Assembly (NCBI GenBank): GCA_951406725.2
Contig: OX597818.1
Coordinates: forward strand, 72,974,001-73,038,000
DNA length: 64,000 bases
Direction: 5' to 3'
DNA from: Octopus vulgaris
Lineage: Eukaryota
The first letter of the stretch is position 1. Every line of letters starts with the position of its first letter. A model generated the notes under the pieces. It was not told the origin of the DNA and made no database searches. It was given only the letters and a program-made list of their open reading frames with translations. Position numbers and translations under genes: made by a program. Positions 12,677 through 26,690 of this stretch are shown one piece after another.

Positions 12677-13835
12677 CAGGGTGCGTAAGGTATTTGAGGA
12701 CATACCATTTTGGGTTAATGCTGCATTTTTTGCTCTCTATAATCTTTGTTTCAGAAAATAATAATGGGAGACTCTCAGCTTACTCAAGAAATGAAGAGGT
12801 ATGTTTTAATTGTTGTTACAAAGGCTGAGCATAGCGATTTAGAAATATTTCGATTTTTAAAAGTGACCAGACTTTTCATCTAGAAGGTTTGTAAGGAACT
12901 AAAAACTGATGATGGAAACATATCACAAGTATCAAAGCATAAAAAGCATTCTAAACGCTCTGAAAACAACAGAACCTTTGAATTTATCCAGAAAGTTCAA
13001 CAGACCATTGATCACAATCCCAGAAATTCCATGAGGTCTACTGCAAAAGAGCTCCATGTGTCAGAAGGTGCAGTCAGATATGTTTTCCACGAAGACATCT
13101 TATATGATGAGGAAAGCTCAATTTGACAGGAAAAGCAAAATAAAATCAACACAGCAGATCTTAAAAGATTTTAAACAAACTGAAAAATCTAGTAAATTTC
13201 GACTAAGATCAAAAAGTTAATGGAAGAAATGACAGATGGTTATGTACAGACCCTTCTGAAGTTCCATGTTATCCATACAAAATTTCCTGCAGCAATGAAG
13301 GGCACGTGGTGCATCTTTCTTTCCACAAACCTTAGAGTTAACTACATTGCGGCCTTGCAAATAATTGTTAAGCCTTGGATAAACAGTGCATACAATGGAA
13401 GGTTATATGTGTTTTCAGTAAGACTCTACACTATCACACATGGCTCTAGTAACAAAGGAATGGATGGCTAAAATTTTTCACGATCGCATAACTCCTAACA
13501 TTTGGCCTCCTAATTCCCCAGATCTCAATCCAATGGACCATTACATGTGGAGCGTTGCTGAGAGAGAGCGGTCAATGAACGTGCCCATAACACTAAATGT
13601 TCTTTGAAAGCTGCCATAGTCAGAGTAATGTCCAAAATGAACCAGGACCATTTTGATTCGAGCATGTAAATGATTTAGAGCTCGTACAGAAGCAGTTGTT
13701 GAAGCTGAACGTGGCTTTATTGAATAACATTATAGAAAAGAAGGTTTATTTTCATCCTCATAGCATTTTTTAATAGAGTTATTATCTGTTATTATATATT
13801 TGATCTTTTCTATAAACATAAATCTGCCCGCACAC

Positions 13836-13837
<2 letters not shown>
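12677..13837 (+). mobile_element. Degenerate Tc1/mariner transposon (maT/DD37D-like)
   Basis: TA|cagggtgcg...cgcacactg termini; peptide IWPPNSPDLNPMDHYMWSVAE near 13500-13560; many stops. Confidence 0.75.
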
Positions 13838-13867
<30 letters not shown>

Positions 13868-14521
13868 CTAGCAGCTAAAGCATGTTTCACACGGTCGGTT
13901 TGGATGATGTGGCTGTAAAACGTGCTCTGTGTAAGCATTGAACATGTTTGGGCACGCTTACACTAAAAAACAATTTTAGAATGACTTTTTCCTGTCAAAA
14001 CGCTAGAAATAAGTGACCAACAAAAACCCAACTAGGATTCAACCAAATCAAAAAATAAACCCAAATGCTAAGCGAACAAAGATGAACCATCTCACTGCCA
14101 ATGCACGCGCACACGCACACACACACACAAGCACACAAGCATACAAACACATACACACGCACAAGCACACACACACGTTCACATATCCTTTTTACATACA
14201 GGCACATATACTCAGAGAGTTGAAACGCTGTTTGATTTATTTTTTAGCGTACAATTTTCATCATCTCACTACCAAGTATGACATCGCTCCTTCCTTCCTT
14301 ATTCATCTATCACCCCTTCCTTTCTCATTCATAAACACAAAAGTATTATTATAGTAGATTATCTCGGTAACCATGGGCGCTATGAAAAAATACGAAGCCA
14401 AGCAACACCATCGGATCATTCTACACATCTGTGTATTTTTTCGTGCAATTCCACCTAGCCGTTTGACTGTGAATCCCAAGACAAGAAAGAATCGCCCATA
14501 TCAAATTTATATGTATATAGA
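13868..14521 (-). mobile_element. Non-autonomous Helitron (minus), possibly with two nested 5' ends
   Basis: A-CTAG at 13867-13871; TC starts on the minus strand at 14358 (tctactataataa) and 14521 (tctatatacatataaa). Confidence 0.55.
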
Positions 14522-14551
14522 TATATGTATGTATATATGTATGTATATATA

Positions 14552-14648
14552 CGGCAGGGTTATGGAAAGTCTTGACCCTCAAAAAACAAAACATGGTACA
14601 TGACTTTTCATAGAGCTTGAAGGGTCAAAACTTTTCACACACCCCTCG
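14552..14648. mobile_element. ~97-bp mariner-type mini element (TIRs only)
   Basis: cggcagggttatggaaagtcttgaccct vs reverse complement cgaggggtgtgtgaaaagttttgaccct; sits in TA repeats. Confidence 0.6.
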
Positions 14649-14690
14649 TGTATATATATATATATTCATACACACACACACACACACACA

Positions 14691-14754
<64 letters not shown>

Positions 14755-14755
<1 letters not shown>

Positions 14756-14935
14756 TGGGTTGTCCGGAAAGTTCATGCCGATTTTTACAGGAAAGGAAAA
14801 GGTCAATATATACTTGCCATTACATTTTTAATCAACCAAATATGAACCATTTTGTTACACAATGCGTCTCCATCTTTCCTTTAACTTTAAAATACCATTT
14901 TCCCAGAATTTTTTTAACTCAAAATGAAGATTCAC
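14755..14935 (+). mobile_element. Mariner terminal fragment
   Basis: ttgggttgtccggaaagttcatgccgatttt resembles mariner TIRs; no partner TIR seen. Confidence 0.4.
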
Positions 14936-14949
14936 CGGTACATACATAT

Positions 14950-15153
14950 TATACATAAAAACATACATACATACTTACATGAAGCGACATGTCACGTATT
15001 TGGCGTGGGAGATTATTTATCGAAGATACGATGAATACTAGCTACGACTTTGGAACCACAACTATCAGCCTTGTTAAATCACTGGTTTATCTTCAGATGA
15101 ATTAACTCAGGGAGTCTTCTTTTCACGATCGTAGTGATTTTTTATTGAAACTT
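14950..15153. repeat. ~200-bp segment duplicated at ~17245-17518
   Basis: acatgaagcgacatgtc...tgaaactt present twice with scattered substitutions. Confidence 0.9.
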
Positions 15154-15160
15154 GAATATA

Positions 15161-15220
<60 letters not shown>

Positions 15221-15914
15221 TGAGAAACATAATATGCAGGAAATGGAATAGTTACTAATGTATAATATGTATGGTCAGACAAAAGACAATAGTAAACATT
15301 TCCTTATGCAGATATATACAATATTTATTTTTCTTTATAGTCACTTCTTTCTTGTTCTTTCTGTACGAATTTTCATTTATTATCTATATTTTTCTATATC
15401 TGTACCTTTCCATCTTGTCACTTTGCTTTCTTTCTATCTGCCTTCCTCTCGTGCTAATATTTCATCTCTATCTACTTAACTGCCCGTATGTCCCTGCCGC
15501 CCGTCCACTCTTCACACTGATTTCTCTCAATTCACTAGTACCTTTCCTCTCTCACACCTTCCACAAATCACCATATGACCTTCATCTTAATCTATGCACC
15601 CAACCTTTTTGTATTCATCGCTTTCGCGGTCAGATGTTCTTTTAGCAGTTTTCGCGGCCAGGAGTTCTTTTAGCAGCTCGTATTTGTTTTATTTAACCCA
15701 TTGTTTATTTAACTTCCTCTCATGTGGTTTTTCTCTTTCTAAAAAGAGAATAAAAATAAAAATTAAAATAATTTTTTTTTTACTTCTTTAAAGCATTACT
15801 TTATATCTCTTTACTTATCTATGCATTTTCTATCTTCCATTGATCCTTCCTTACATTTGTCATTAACCACTCTATCTTTTGAAATTTTCTAAGCTCAAAG
15901 AGGAAATTCACCTG

Positions 15915-16790
15915 TGTCCTGTACTCATATATGCATGTATATATACATATAGATGTAAGTATGTACATATATGTATGTATATATGCATATGTTTTTATTA
16001 TATTGTTATTATATGACCTAAAGCACGCGTTGTTTTCTTTTCTCCAAGTAAGTTTTTATTTGAATAATCATGACGCGCACTCTTACTCTTTACTTCACCT
16101 TTCCTCCCTGCCTGTCAGTCTTCCTCTCTACCTGTCTCTCTCTTTCTTATTTTTCACCCTTTCTGGTTTCTTTCCCCCCTCTCTCTCTCTCTCTCCTCCT
16201 CTCTCTGGCCGTTGACCGGAGTGCTACTAAAACTCTCTTTCTGCACGTGCTTTCAACAAGCCAACATCGACTTCTCTGTCTTTCGCAAGCCGATTTTTCA
16301 CATGCGTTCTAACTAATTTTTCCACCGTCTACGCTTAAAAAAAGCTCTTATTGTTGGTTCCCTTGTCCTGTTATTCTTTATTTGTACTGTATTTCAACTG
16401 TTTTTCTTAATTTGTATTGCTTTTTCGTCCTGTTTTTGTCACTTGTTTTACTCTTCTGCAAAAGAATTTTATTTAATTCCTTTTGCAGGACGGACTTCTT
16501 CGGCCGGGTCGTGTTCTGCCCTTAACTTCGAAATACGCATTTAGTCGAACCAGGGGCAGCTGATGAAGGGGAATTTTCCTTGTATTGTTTGTCCTGTACT
16601 CTGTTTTTTTCGTTGTTAACAAAGTCCGTTTCCTTGTTTGATTTTCTGGCTTCGTTTCTCGTTGTGTTCTACGGCTTATTTGTGGTGTCCTGTACTCATA
16701 TATGTATGTATATATACATATAGATGTAAGTATGTACATATATGTATGTATATATGCATATGTCTTATTTATTATATTGTTATTATATAT
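15915..16790 (+). mobile_element. PLE pseudo-LTR-like element with ~100-bp terminal direct repeats
   Basis: gtcctgtactcatatatg...attatattgttatt at ~15915 and ~16686; partial HHR half-core ctgatgaagggg at ~16560. Confidence 0.45.
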
Positions 16791-16792
16791 AT

Positions 16793-17212
16793 TCTCTTTT
16801 TTACTCTTTTACTCTTTTACTTGTTTCAGTCACTTAACTGCGGCCATGCTGGAGCACCGCCTTTAGTCGAGCAAATCGACCCCGGGACTTATTCTTTGTA
16901 AGGCCAGTACTTATTCTATCTGTCTCTTTTGCCGAACCGCTAGTGACGGGGACGTAAACACACCAGCACCGGTTGTCAAGCAATGCTAGGGGGACAAACA
17001 CAGACACACAAACACACACATATATACATATATATATATACATATATACGACAGGCTTCTTTCAGTTTCCGTCTACCAAATCCACTCACAAGGCATTGGT
17101 CGGCCCGGGGCTATAGCACAAGACACTTACCCAAAATGCCACGCAGTGGGACTGAACCCGGAACCACGTGGTTGGTTAGCAAGCTACTTACCACACAGCC
17201 ACTCCTGCGCCT
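16793..17212 (-). mobile_element. Full-length CORE-type SINE
   Basis: Near-identical to 5372-5771; flanked by TA repeats. Confidence 0.9.
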
Positions 17213-17906
17213 ATATATATATATATATATATATACATATATATATACATAAAAACATACATACATAGACATACATAGATGCATACATACACACATACAC
17301 ACACATACATACATACATACATACATACATACATACATACAAACATGAAGCGACATGTCGCGTATTTGACGTGGGAGATTATTTATCGAAAATACGATGA
17401 ATACTAGCTCCAACTTTGGAACCACAACTATCAGCCTTGTTAAATAACTGGTTAGTCTTCAGATGAATTAACTGAGAGACTTCTTTTCACGATCGTTGTG
17501 ATTTTTGACTGAAACTTAAATTTAGTATGCAGAGATTTACAACAAATAACATGGCTAGGCACAACATCAACAGCACAATCGAGGAACAGAAGGAAAACAA
17601 CAGCTATGCAGGTAAAAATATTCTTTCTAGTTGTAATTATAGAAGTAACCGTAGCTACAAAACTCATTCCTCTTGGAGTTATGAATTGAATAATAATCTA
17701 TTTAACTTCTACGAAAAAGCGAAACAAAACTCTGCTGTTGGCTATATGAATCCAGAATTAAATCGTTTTCATGCGAAGCAACTACACTAGAAAGCAACAT
17801 TTATAGAACATAAGAAGAAGGCAAGTAACTGTAACATTATTTTTAAAAAATCGAAAATTAACCTTCTTCCCAACTCTATAAACTACACGAAAACGTGAGT
17901 GATATA

Positions 17907-19198
17907 CAAGGGGCGTTCAATAAGTAATGCCCCTGATCCACTTGAAGTTGTTCAATCTAGCTGCAATTTTGCATGTGCAATTACTTATATCTCTATAGAT
18001 GACGCGGCAAATTACAGCTCTAAACTGATTGTGGTTTCTGATTTACAGGTGTTTGAACTGAGTCAAGTGTGAAATGGAGCCTGTTGAATGTCGAGCAGTG
18101 ATCCGGTTTTCGTATTTGAAAGGACGCACACCACGAGAGACTTTTGATGAAATGAAAGTAACTTATTGTGATAATGCCCCATCATATGACCTTGTAAAAC
18201 GCTGGCATCGTGAATTCAAGCATGGTCGGAACTCTGTGGAAACAGCTCCCAGATCTGGTCACCCCCCTTCTGCCATTGATGAGGTATCTGTCCGTCAAGT
18301 TGAGGCTGCCATTTTGGAAGATCGACGCATAACTATTCGCGAAATAGCCCATGAGGTCAAGATTAGTACCGAGTCTGTGGAAACTATCATTCATGACCAT
18401 TTGCATATTCAAAAGGTGTCTGCCAGATGGATTCCCAGGTTGCTCACATCTTTCCGGAAGCAAGAACGCGTCGATTGCTCGAGGATGAATTTGGAGATGT
18501 GCCAAGAAGATGAGTCAAACTTTTTCAAAAGACTGATTCCACAGGATGAAACCTGGGTCCATCACTATGATACAGAGACCAAAGCCCAGTCAATGCAGTG
18601 GAAGCACCGTGACTCCCCTCCTCCAAAGAAGGCAAGGGTGCAGCCCTCCGCTGGCAAGGTCATGCTCACAGTCTTCTGGGACTAGGATGGAGTAGTGATG
18701 ACAGATTTCCTGGCAAATGGTGCCACAATTACAGGAGCCTATTATGCTTCACTTTTGAGGAAATTAAGAGAAGCTATCAAAATCAAGAGGCGGGGCAAGA
18801 TCAGCAAAGGCATCCTCCTCCTGCAGGACAACGCTCTGGTCCACAACTCGCGTGTCGCCAGATCAGAAGCACAGGCGTGCGGCTATGAACTCCTCTCCCA
18901 TCCCCCTACTCTTCTGACCTTGCACCTTCTGATTTTCACCTCTTCCCAGCCATGAAGTTATTTTTGAAAGGAAAGCGTTTCCCAGATGATGCAGCCTTGA
19001 TTTCTGAAGTCACGTCGTAGTTGGAGGACCAAGCTGGTGTCTTCTACAGAAACGGTCTTCAGAGCTGCATCAAACGATGGGAGAAATGCGTAACTCTGGG
19101 TGGTTCCTATGTAGAAAGAGACTAATAACTGTGCCAAGTTTCGTTGCTCTACCTCTATGGGAAGTGGGTCAGGGGCATTACTTATTGAACGCCCCTCG
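17907..19198 (+). mobile_element. Full-length mariner (DD34D) transposon, 1292 bp
   Basis: TIR c(a/g)aggggcgttcaataagtaatgcccctga(t/c)ccactt at both ends; TA TSD at 17905-6 and 19199-200. Confidence 0.97.
18074..19125 (+). pseudogene. Disabled mariner transposase
   Basis: WIPRLL, DETWVHHYD, LLQDNA, YSSDLAPSDFHLF motifs; stop at 18683-85, frameshift near 18900, stop near 19020. Confidence 0.95.
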
Positions 19199-19280
19199 TA
19201 AGATCGCCACGTGCTTTCGCAGCTAGCGACATTCCAATATAGTGCCTGCCACCCAAACTACAGCCGCAACGATTATTGTT

Positions 19281-19322
<42 letters not shown>

Positions 19323-19324
19323 AT

Positions 19325-21610
19325 GCTAGTCAGGATTATATGCCGGTGAAATGTGCCCTTACTGAAATTCTACGGGAAAACATTACTTTGGCTTTGAAGT
19401 ACTCTCTCGAGGAGAGAGCATTCTCTACCGAAGTAAGTAAAAATCCCACCAGATATGGTATTAAAAGCTGTTAACGAAATTGGTGGTGACTATTTACAGC
19501 AATATGATGAACCCATATACTGGTAGATTAAAGGCTGTCTATATGCTTTGGGTACTACTGTAAAACAGTACATGAATGATATTCAAAAAGTAAACAAACC
19601 GAAATAATAAAGAAAATGCCTTCATGGGTTTTGAAGACAGAGATACAGATAACTGGTTTCCGGAAGATCATCAGACTTCTGTAAACCAGTTATCTTAACA
19701 AGCAAATCACTATACGTCTCACCAAGAGAAAGTAAAGGAGACAGAAATGATGTTTGGAGACAACAACAAGTGGACACTCACTTGCAAACTGATAATTCTC
19801 AAGCAGGAGCTAGAATCTATCAATGAAAAGCTCCGACATAAGAAGAGAATAGCTGAGAAAAGAACAATAATCAAAACATTTAACCGCAACAAGGCATCAG
19901 TATTCAGAGACATGAGAGGAGGCGCAGTAAATATCATGGACGCTCCTTCACGAGAAGACATAAACTCTTTCCTGGAGGAAAGTGTGGAGTGAAGAGAATG
20001 AATTTAACCAAGATTCTCTGTGGCTGGAAGCAATCCGAAAAAGCTATTGCTCCTGCGTTACATCCAAGACACAATATTAAGGGTGAATCTCTTGAAACTG
20101 TTATCAAGCTGACAGAGACTTGATTGTTGGATATTGGTACAAGAAGCTAACCATCTACCGACCTTATCTTATCAATCTGTACCAGCAGGCTTTCATTGGG
20201 AACAGTAGCAAAACACACTGGTTAAATCTGGCAGAGACAAAATTGAATCCTAAATACCCACATGACAAAAACTACCGGCCAATTGGATGCCGGAACTTAA
20301 TGTATAAGATATATACAGCATGTTTAAACCTCTTCCTCCAGAACAATTGTGAAACCAATAGCATCATCACTGCAGAACAACCAGCTGGGAAGAGGATGTG
20401 CCGAGAAATTGTTAATCAACAAAACTGTAATGTCAGAGGTGCAAGAGCATAGGAGGAACCTATATTCAATGTGGCTAGACTACAAGAAAGCCGTTGAATC
20501 TGTTCCTTACTGATAGATGCTAGAATCCCTTCAACTTGCTAAAGTTCCAGTGATTTGACTGCTTCCCCTGTATCTGACGAGGAATGTTACAGGTGTCTAG
20601 GGTTGGATGAAAATATATCTTACAATGACATCTGTAACAAACACGTGTCACAAAAAATTATTATAGCCGAATAAAGAAAATTTGAACCTCGGAACTCTCT
20701 TCATTCAATAAAACAGTGGCTCACAATGCGTTTGCAGCGCCAGTACTCATACCAACGATTGGGCTGCTTGATCGGACGCTAAATGAGATCCGAGCCATTG
20801 ATGTGAAAACCAGAAAAATACTAACAAGCACACTTTATGTCCACATAAATAGTAACGTAGACCGCCTTTACGTAAAACGAAAACAAGGTGGCAGAGGCTT
20901 AACATCAATCCAAAATGTCTTTGAATGTCGCATCATATCCCTTCGGCAACATCTTTTAACCAGCAAGTGTCGAAGGGCATCCCGTGACCAAGTTTGCATA
21001 CATAAGGCTGGTAACATCATAAGACTTGGAAGGCAGCTCCTTGAGCAACACTCTTTGTCTCATAAACTAGAATACATGCTCAAAGAAGTCGCACGACTCT
21101 ACTGCAACATATCATCAAATGAAAGGATGAGCATATATGAGCAGAAGACTATGCATAGGTATATTAGTAGAAAGCTCTGGATGATTGCAACATCAAAGCA
21201 GTTTATCATATTCGGATAGCTGGATTACTATCTCTCACTTTGAATGGTATGCACAAAAGGAATAGAGATGCAGGAAAAGCCGAAAATTGTACAACCGATG
21301 CAGACTTTGTGGAGTTCACACTGAAGATATCATCCACATCATAAGCAATTGTTAGAAAATGTTATCACGTCTATCTACCGATGAAACTTGACGTTGTAGC
21401 TAAGACACTCTATAATTATATCCGTCGGAAGGATAATCCCGAGGACAAGGAAATAAAAACCCTTAATATAGTAGAAGACATAGCTACACATAATAAAAAG
21501 GAATACTGGTGGGATGTACCAGTGAAGACCTCAATAAGATGTAAGCACAACAGACCTGATATAATGATTTGGGATATAGAGAAGAGAAACTGAAAAGTTG
21601 TGGAAATGAA
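19325..21610 (+). mobile_element. Degenerate, internally deleted R4/Dong-like retrotransposon
   Basis: NYRPIGCRNLMYKIYT, WLDYKKA, DVKTRKILT, DRLYVKRKQGGRGL, WWDVPVKTSIRCKHNRPDIMIWD; starts after (GTA)n. Confidence 0.85.
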
Positions 21611-21699
21611 GGAGGTAAAGCCTGAAATCAGTGTAGACGGCCTTCGAATGCCGTATGGTATCACTCAGGCAGCTTCTGCTGAACAATAGCAGCAAAAAA

Positions 21700-22725
21700 T
21701 ATATATAAACGCAGTACTGAAAAGTGAGGAACATTGAACGAGTTGGCAGTGAGTTCCCCAAGAAGCACTCTCTTCCTGTTGATCTACACAGCCCCCAAAC
21801 AGCTTGGCTCTCTTACTTCAGAGAAGATTTGGATGGGAAGCACTCAGCATACAAAAAAAAAAAGACCATGCATGGGTAAGTTGCCTGGAAGCTTGAAGAA
21901 GACAGTAGAATTCACACGAAGCGCAGCCTCACTTGAATACAAGACCACGACATCACATTGCACCTTGAATGCCCTTCGTTTGAAATCTAGGGACAGGAGA
22001 TTGTCACAGAGTTCCTGGTGAACAAGAGAGACACTGACGCTGTTGTAATCCCAAAGCGCAACCACGTGTAGTCTATGTCATGTTTCTGTGGAAGACATCA
22101 CGCATGTTATTAGCAGCTGTCCTAAAATGTCGTCATCGTACTACCTCCTTATGCGGCAGGATGTTGTCGCCAAAACAATTTACAATGCCATCCACAAGAA
22201 TGACTGTCCTGAAATTAACTTAGAAAATCAATTAGTTATGGAATACATTCATAAACACCAACTCAAGGAATAATGGTGGAATATTCCCATTAAAACATCT
22301 GTCAAATGTAAACATAAGAGGCGCAATATTAGGGGCAAAGGTATGTACCGTCATATGGGTCAGCTGTTCTGCAGATATAAGTATCTCCTTGAAAATCAAA
22401 GAAAAAAAGGATAACTATGGACAACTGCTTTGAAACCTCCAACTTCTATATCTAGACTATTAATTGATATTCATACCATTAATAATCGGAGCACTAGGTT
22501 TTGTTAATAAATGCTTAAAGGAAAATCTGGATAAACTGGGATTTTCAGAAAGAGAAATCGAACGGCTAATTCGTACATTACAAGTGCAATCTATGAGTGG
22601 AGCAGTAAAACTATGCAAGATCTTTCTCAAGTTCCAAAAGTGAGATTGTCTATGTTAATTACATCCCAAAGAAGAAGCCTTGTAACTTTGTTGGAAACCG
22701 GCTACCTCCTCAGTGGAGTCGCTAA
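21700..22725 (+). mobile_element. Second R4/Dong-like 3' fragment (CCHC, RLE, 3' UTR)
   Basis: EDITHVISSCPKMSS, IPLIIGALGF-like, stop near 22643. Confidence 0.75.
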
Positions 22726-23990
22726 AAAATATTACACCCGAGTACAGAAAATTTGGACCTCGGAACTCTCTGTATTCAGTAAAACAGTGACCCACAATGT
22801 GTTTTCAGAGCCAGTACTCATACTAACATTTAGGCTGCTTGAGTGGGCGTTTGATGAGATATGAGCCATTGATGTGAAAACTTGGAAAATACTAACAAAA
22901 ACACATAATTTCCACATCAACAGTGACGCCGACCTCCTCTACATAAAACGAAAGCAAGGAGGCAGGAGCTTCACATCGATCCAAAATGCCTTTTGAATGC
23001 CGTATCATATCCTTTTGGCAATATCTTTTAACTACTAGGTATGTAAATTCGTTACTTGGGCAAATTTACGTTCATGATTACATGTTATCAGCTGATAACA
23101 TCATAAGAATTGAATGGCAGCTCCTTGATCAACATTAAATACATGCCCAAAGAAGTCACAACATATCAGAAGAAAGGATGAGCGTATATGAGCAGAGGAT
23201 CATACACGGACATGTTAATAGAAAGCTCCGAGATGATGGTAGCATTGGTCATAAAACAGCCTGTCATGCATCAACAACTGGATTACTACCTCCCACTTTG
23301 AAGGGTATGCGTTCGCAATCCAGGAAGGGCAATATCAACCAAATAGCTGATGCACGAAAGGGGACGGAGATGCATGAAATGCAGTAAAACATTGTATAAC
23401 ATTGGGACACTGTATAACGAGATCCGCCGAAAGAATTACACTGGGCACAAAACAATAAGAGTAGGATGGAAGCCGTAGCCACTCATAATAGAAATGAGTA
23501 CTTATGTGAATAGATGCACACACTTCGGTATATGCATCGACAGTTCTAACAATACACCGACTCAAACACATATTTAGAAACACCGGGGAACTTTCTTGAC
23601 TGAAAAAATCTTGTCACTTGAATTCCCTCAAGAAGAACTTAACTAAAACTCAAAGAAAAAATGCATACATACATACATACATACATACATACATACATAC
23701 ATACATACATACATACATACATACGTACTTACATACATACATACATGTATACATACATTCATTCAAATTTACATTCATACTAATAATAATTAGTGCACTT
23801 CGATTTGTGACTAAATGCTTAAGGACTGTCTGGATAAACTTGGGTTCTCAGTGAAAGAAATCAACTAGCTAACTCGCATATTACAAATACAATCTTTCAG
23901 TAGAACAGTAGAATTATGCAGGAATTTTCTCCAAGTTCAAACAGCTTTGTTTCTGTGTTAGAAACCACCACATTACTCAGAGAAAGAATT
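22725..23990 (+). mobile_element. Third R4/Dong-like fragment(s), paralogous to ~20655-21300
   Basis: acctcggaactctct...gatgtgaaaac...aaacgaaa(a/g)caagg shared with first copy; RLE tail remnant at 23760-23945. Confidence 0.7.
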
Positions 23991-24784
23991 TAGATAAGTA
24001 AACACAGATGAGACTATACATACATACAAACATACACAGGCACGCACACACTCATATGTGACATTATGTATATAACTTAACCAGACAGCTTGTTAGTTTG
24101 CGTCTCCTGTCTGTCTGACACTCTGACTGTCTATGAGGCAGAGACTGGAGTTCGATTAACTTTTACTATGTTTATCAATGTGTGTATGTGCTTATGTGTG
24201 TATCTGTGTCTCTGTGTATATGTGAGTGTATACTTATGTACAATAGTGATTTATATATTCAATGATGTACACCACCGATCTATATATGAAAAAGACGTTT
24301 AACAGGTTGGACTTTAACTAGTAGCTACATCAGAAAGTAACATAAGTAGGTTGAATTGTAAATTATACGGTGAAGTTGTATTGAAAAGCAGCTCAAGCTC
24401 TGCTAATAACAAGGGAATGGAATATCAACATAATTTGAACAACTGTGATAGGAACAATACAACTACGAAGAGACTGAGCTATCTGAAGTAAACTGTTTTA
24501 ACATCAGAAAAATTAAGTACGCGTGTCTTGAGAAGTGTGTATGGGGAAAATATCGCTAGAACCATCACTGTCAGTCCATTTGAAAGCACAATAATAACTT
24601 GACGTTGTTTTGTACAAAATACAGCATCTCTTAATCCTCATCCATGATACACGACCAATCACTTGAAGCATAGAAACAAACCTGTTCACTCAGCACAAGA
24701 CCTAACCGTGCCTGAAACACCAGTAAACTCACTTCCCAAATTACACAAATTTAAACTACGTTTTTTTTTTTATAAATGATTAAT

Positions 24785-25365
24785 GGCAGTAAGGCGATTA
24801 CTTACATAATTGACAAAATATCGGACAAAGTATTTTGCAGCAGTTTTTTCCGGTTCTTTATATTCTGACTTCAAATTTAGTCGAGGTGAACCTTCCCTTC
24901 CACTCTTTCGGAGTGGATAATATAAGTACCAGTTCGACAATTATTCGCGTCATGTCAAACAGTTCAAATTAGCAAGTGAGACAAAATGTTTAGTGGCATT
25001 TTTTCCGGCTTGGTGTTCTGTATTGAAATTCTGTCGAGGTTGATTTTACTTTTCGCCCATCCGGGTGGATAAAATACGTATTAGTTATGCACTGCGGTTG
25101 ATGTAATCGACTAGCTCTCTCACACCAAATTTCAGGCCTTGTACAAAGACTTATTAAAGACGCAGAGCTGAAAGAGTTAGCACGCTGGACAAAATGCTTA
25201 GCGGCATTTCTTTTATCTCTTAACGTTCTGAGTTCAAATTCTGCCGAAGTCTATTAGCATTTCATCCTTTCGGTGCCCATAAAATTTATACTAGTTGAGT
25301 ACGAAGGTCAATATAATCAACTACACCCGCTTAAAATTCCTGCACCTGTGCTAAAATTTGAAACC
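24785..25365 (+). mobile_element. Cluster of three degenerate Nin-like SINE copies
   Basis: Repeated caaaatg(c)ttagcggcattt...ttctgagttcaaatt...gagg...ttcatcctttcgg motifs. Confidence 0.7.
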
Positions 25366-25656
25366 GTTATAATTAGTTGCAGTTTTGAAAGATTAATTAT
25401 GATTAATTTTCTGCATATAAACATTACTCAAGATATTATCGACTGTGTTTCGTCACTTTTATTCTTTATTTCCCAGACTTCTAGTTATATATGTGTATTT
25501 GTGTGGAAACGTTTGTGTACATTTTCTGAAGCTTAATTTATATTTTGAGTATGTTTGAAATTCAGAAGTTAATTAAAATATTCGCTTTTAATGAAGATAG
25601 AAAATCACACTACAATAAGAATGAAAGCTATAGCGAGAATAATGAATTAAACAATG

Positions 25657-25717
25657 TAATAATAATAATAATGATAACAACAACAACAACGACAATAATA
25701 ATAATAATAACAACAAC

Positions 25718-25787
<70 letters not shown>
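25657..25787. repeat. (TAA/CAA)n microsatellite
   Basis: Direct inspection. Confidence 0.95.
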
Positions 25788-26299
25788 GTATTGAAGGAAT
25801 AATAGAAGTGAACATAAAGAAATCAAATACAAATAAACAAGAATATTTTTTAAAAAATTTAAAAGAGCAAATAAATTCATTGTTTAAACTACAAAGAAGA
25901 AATCGAAATGAAGTAAGAGTGAAAGTAATCAAGACACAAACCAGAAGATAGAAAGCCACAAACAATCTAATGACAAGTACAGAGACTTGAGAAATAAATT
26001 GGAAACTTATTTATTGCAATCTAATGAAGTAGATTTTACTATGAGACAACTACTGTAATAAATAAATAAAATAGTATAATTCATGCGAGGATAGCATTTT
26101 CATTGAAATGTGTCTCTCTAACGAAATAAACCTAAGACTACAGAAAGCTGTAAGATATAATGCAAAGAGTGAACACATCAGGATGACAAGAGGTGTCTAA
26201 GCAGTCAATTGTACCCTCTATTTTTCTTAATAAACTTCATTTCAAGAATCCTTCTGAAATATTTGGAAAATGCTTAGATACCAAAATATATTATATTTC

Positions 26300-26690
26300 A
26301 TCTTTCGTCTTTTGTATACCTCAGTCATTGGACTGCAGTAATACTCTAGCGCAGTGTCGAAGGGCATTACTCCAACAAAGCACCACATGTTCTAATTTTC
26401 GAAGTCTGCTGATATCCTATCGGTCTTTTTTTGGCTGAAACGTTAAGTTTGTGGGATGTAAACAGACCCATACCAGTTTCAAAGCAGTAGCGTGGGGTGA
26501 GAGACACAAAGATACACTCGTAGATACAAATATATACGATTGGCTTACTCATAATTTTCCTGTACCAATGTCACACAAAATACTCTACTTGTTCCGGGGC
26601 TATTCGAGAAGGCTCTTGTTTAAGCTGTCGCGCAGTAGGGGTGGGAGTGGGATGTGGTTGCTTGAAGGTACTAACCCAAATTATTACTTA
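26300..26690 (-). mobile_element. Old CORE-SINE copy
   Basis: cagtcattggactgc...ctatcggtcttttt...atgtggttg, colinear with the 5372 copy. Confidence 0.6.

Noticed and set aside
16490-16590. ctgatgaagggg as a complete hammerhead
   Set aside because: No correctly placed GAAA or stem III downstream; half-core only.
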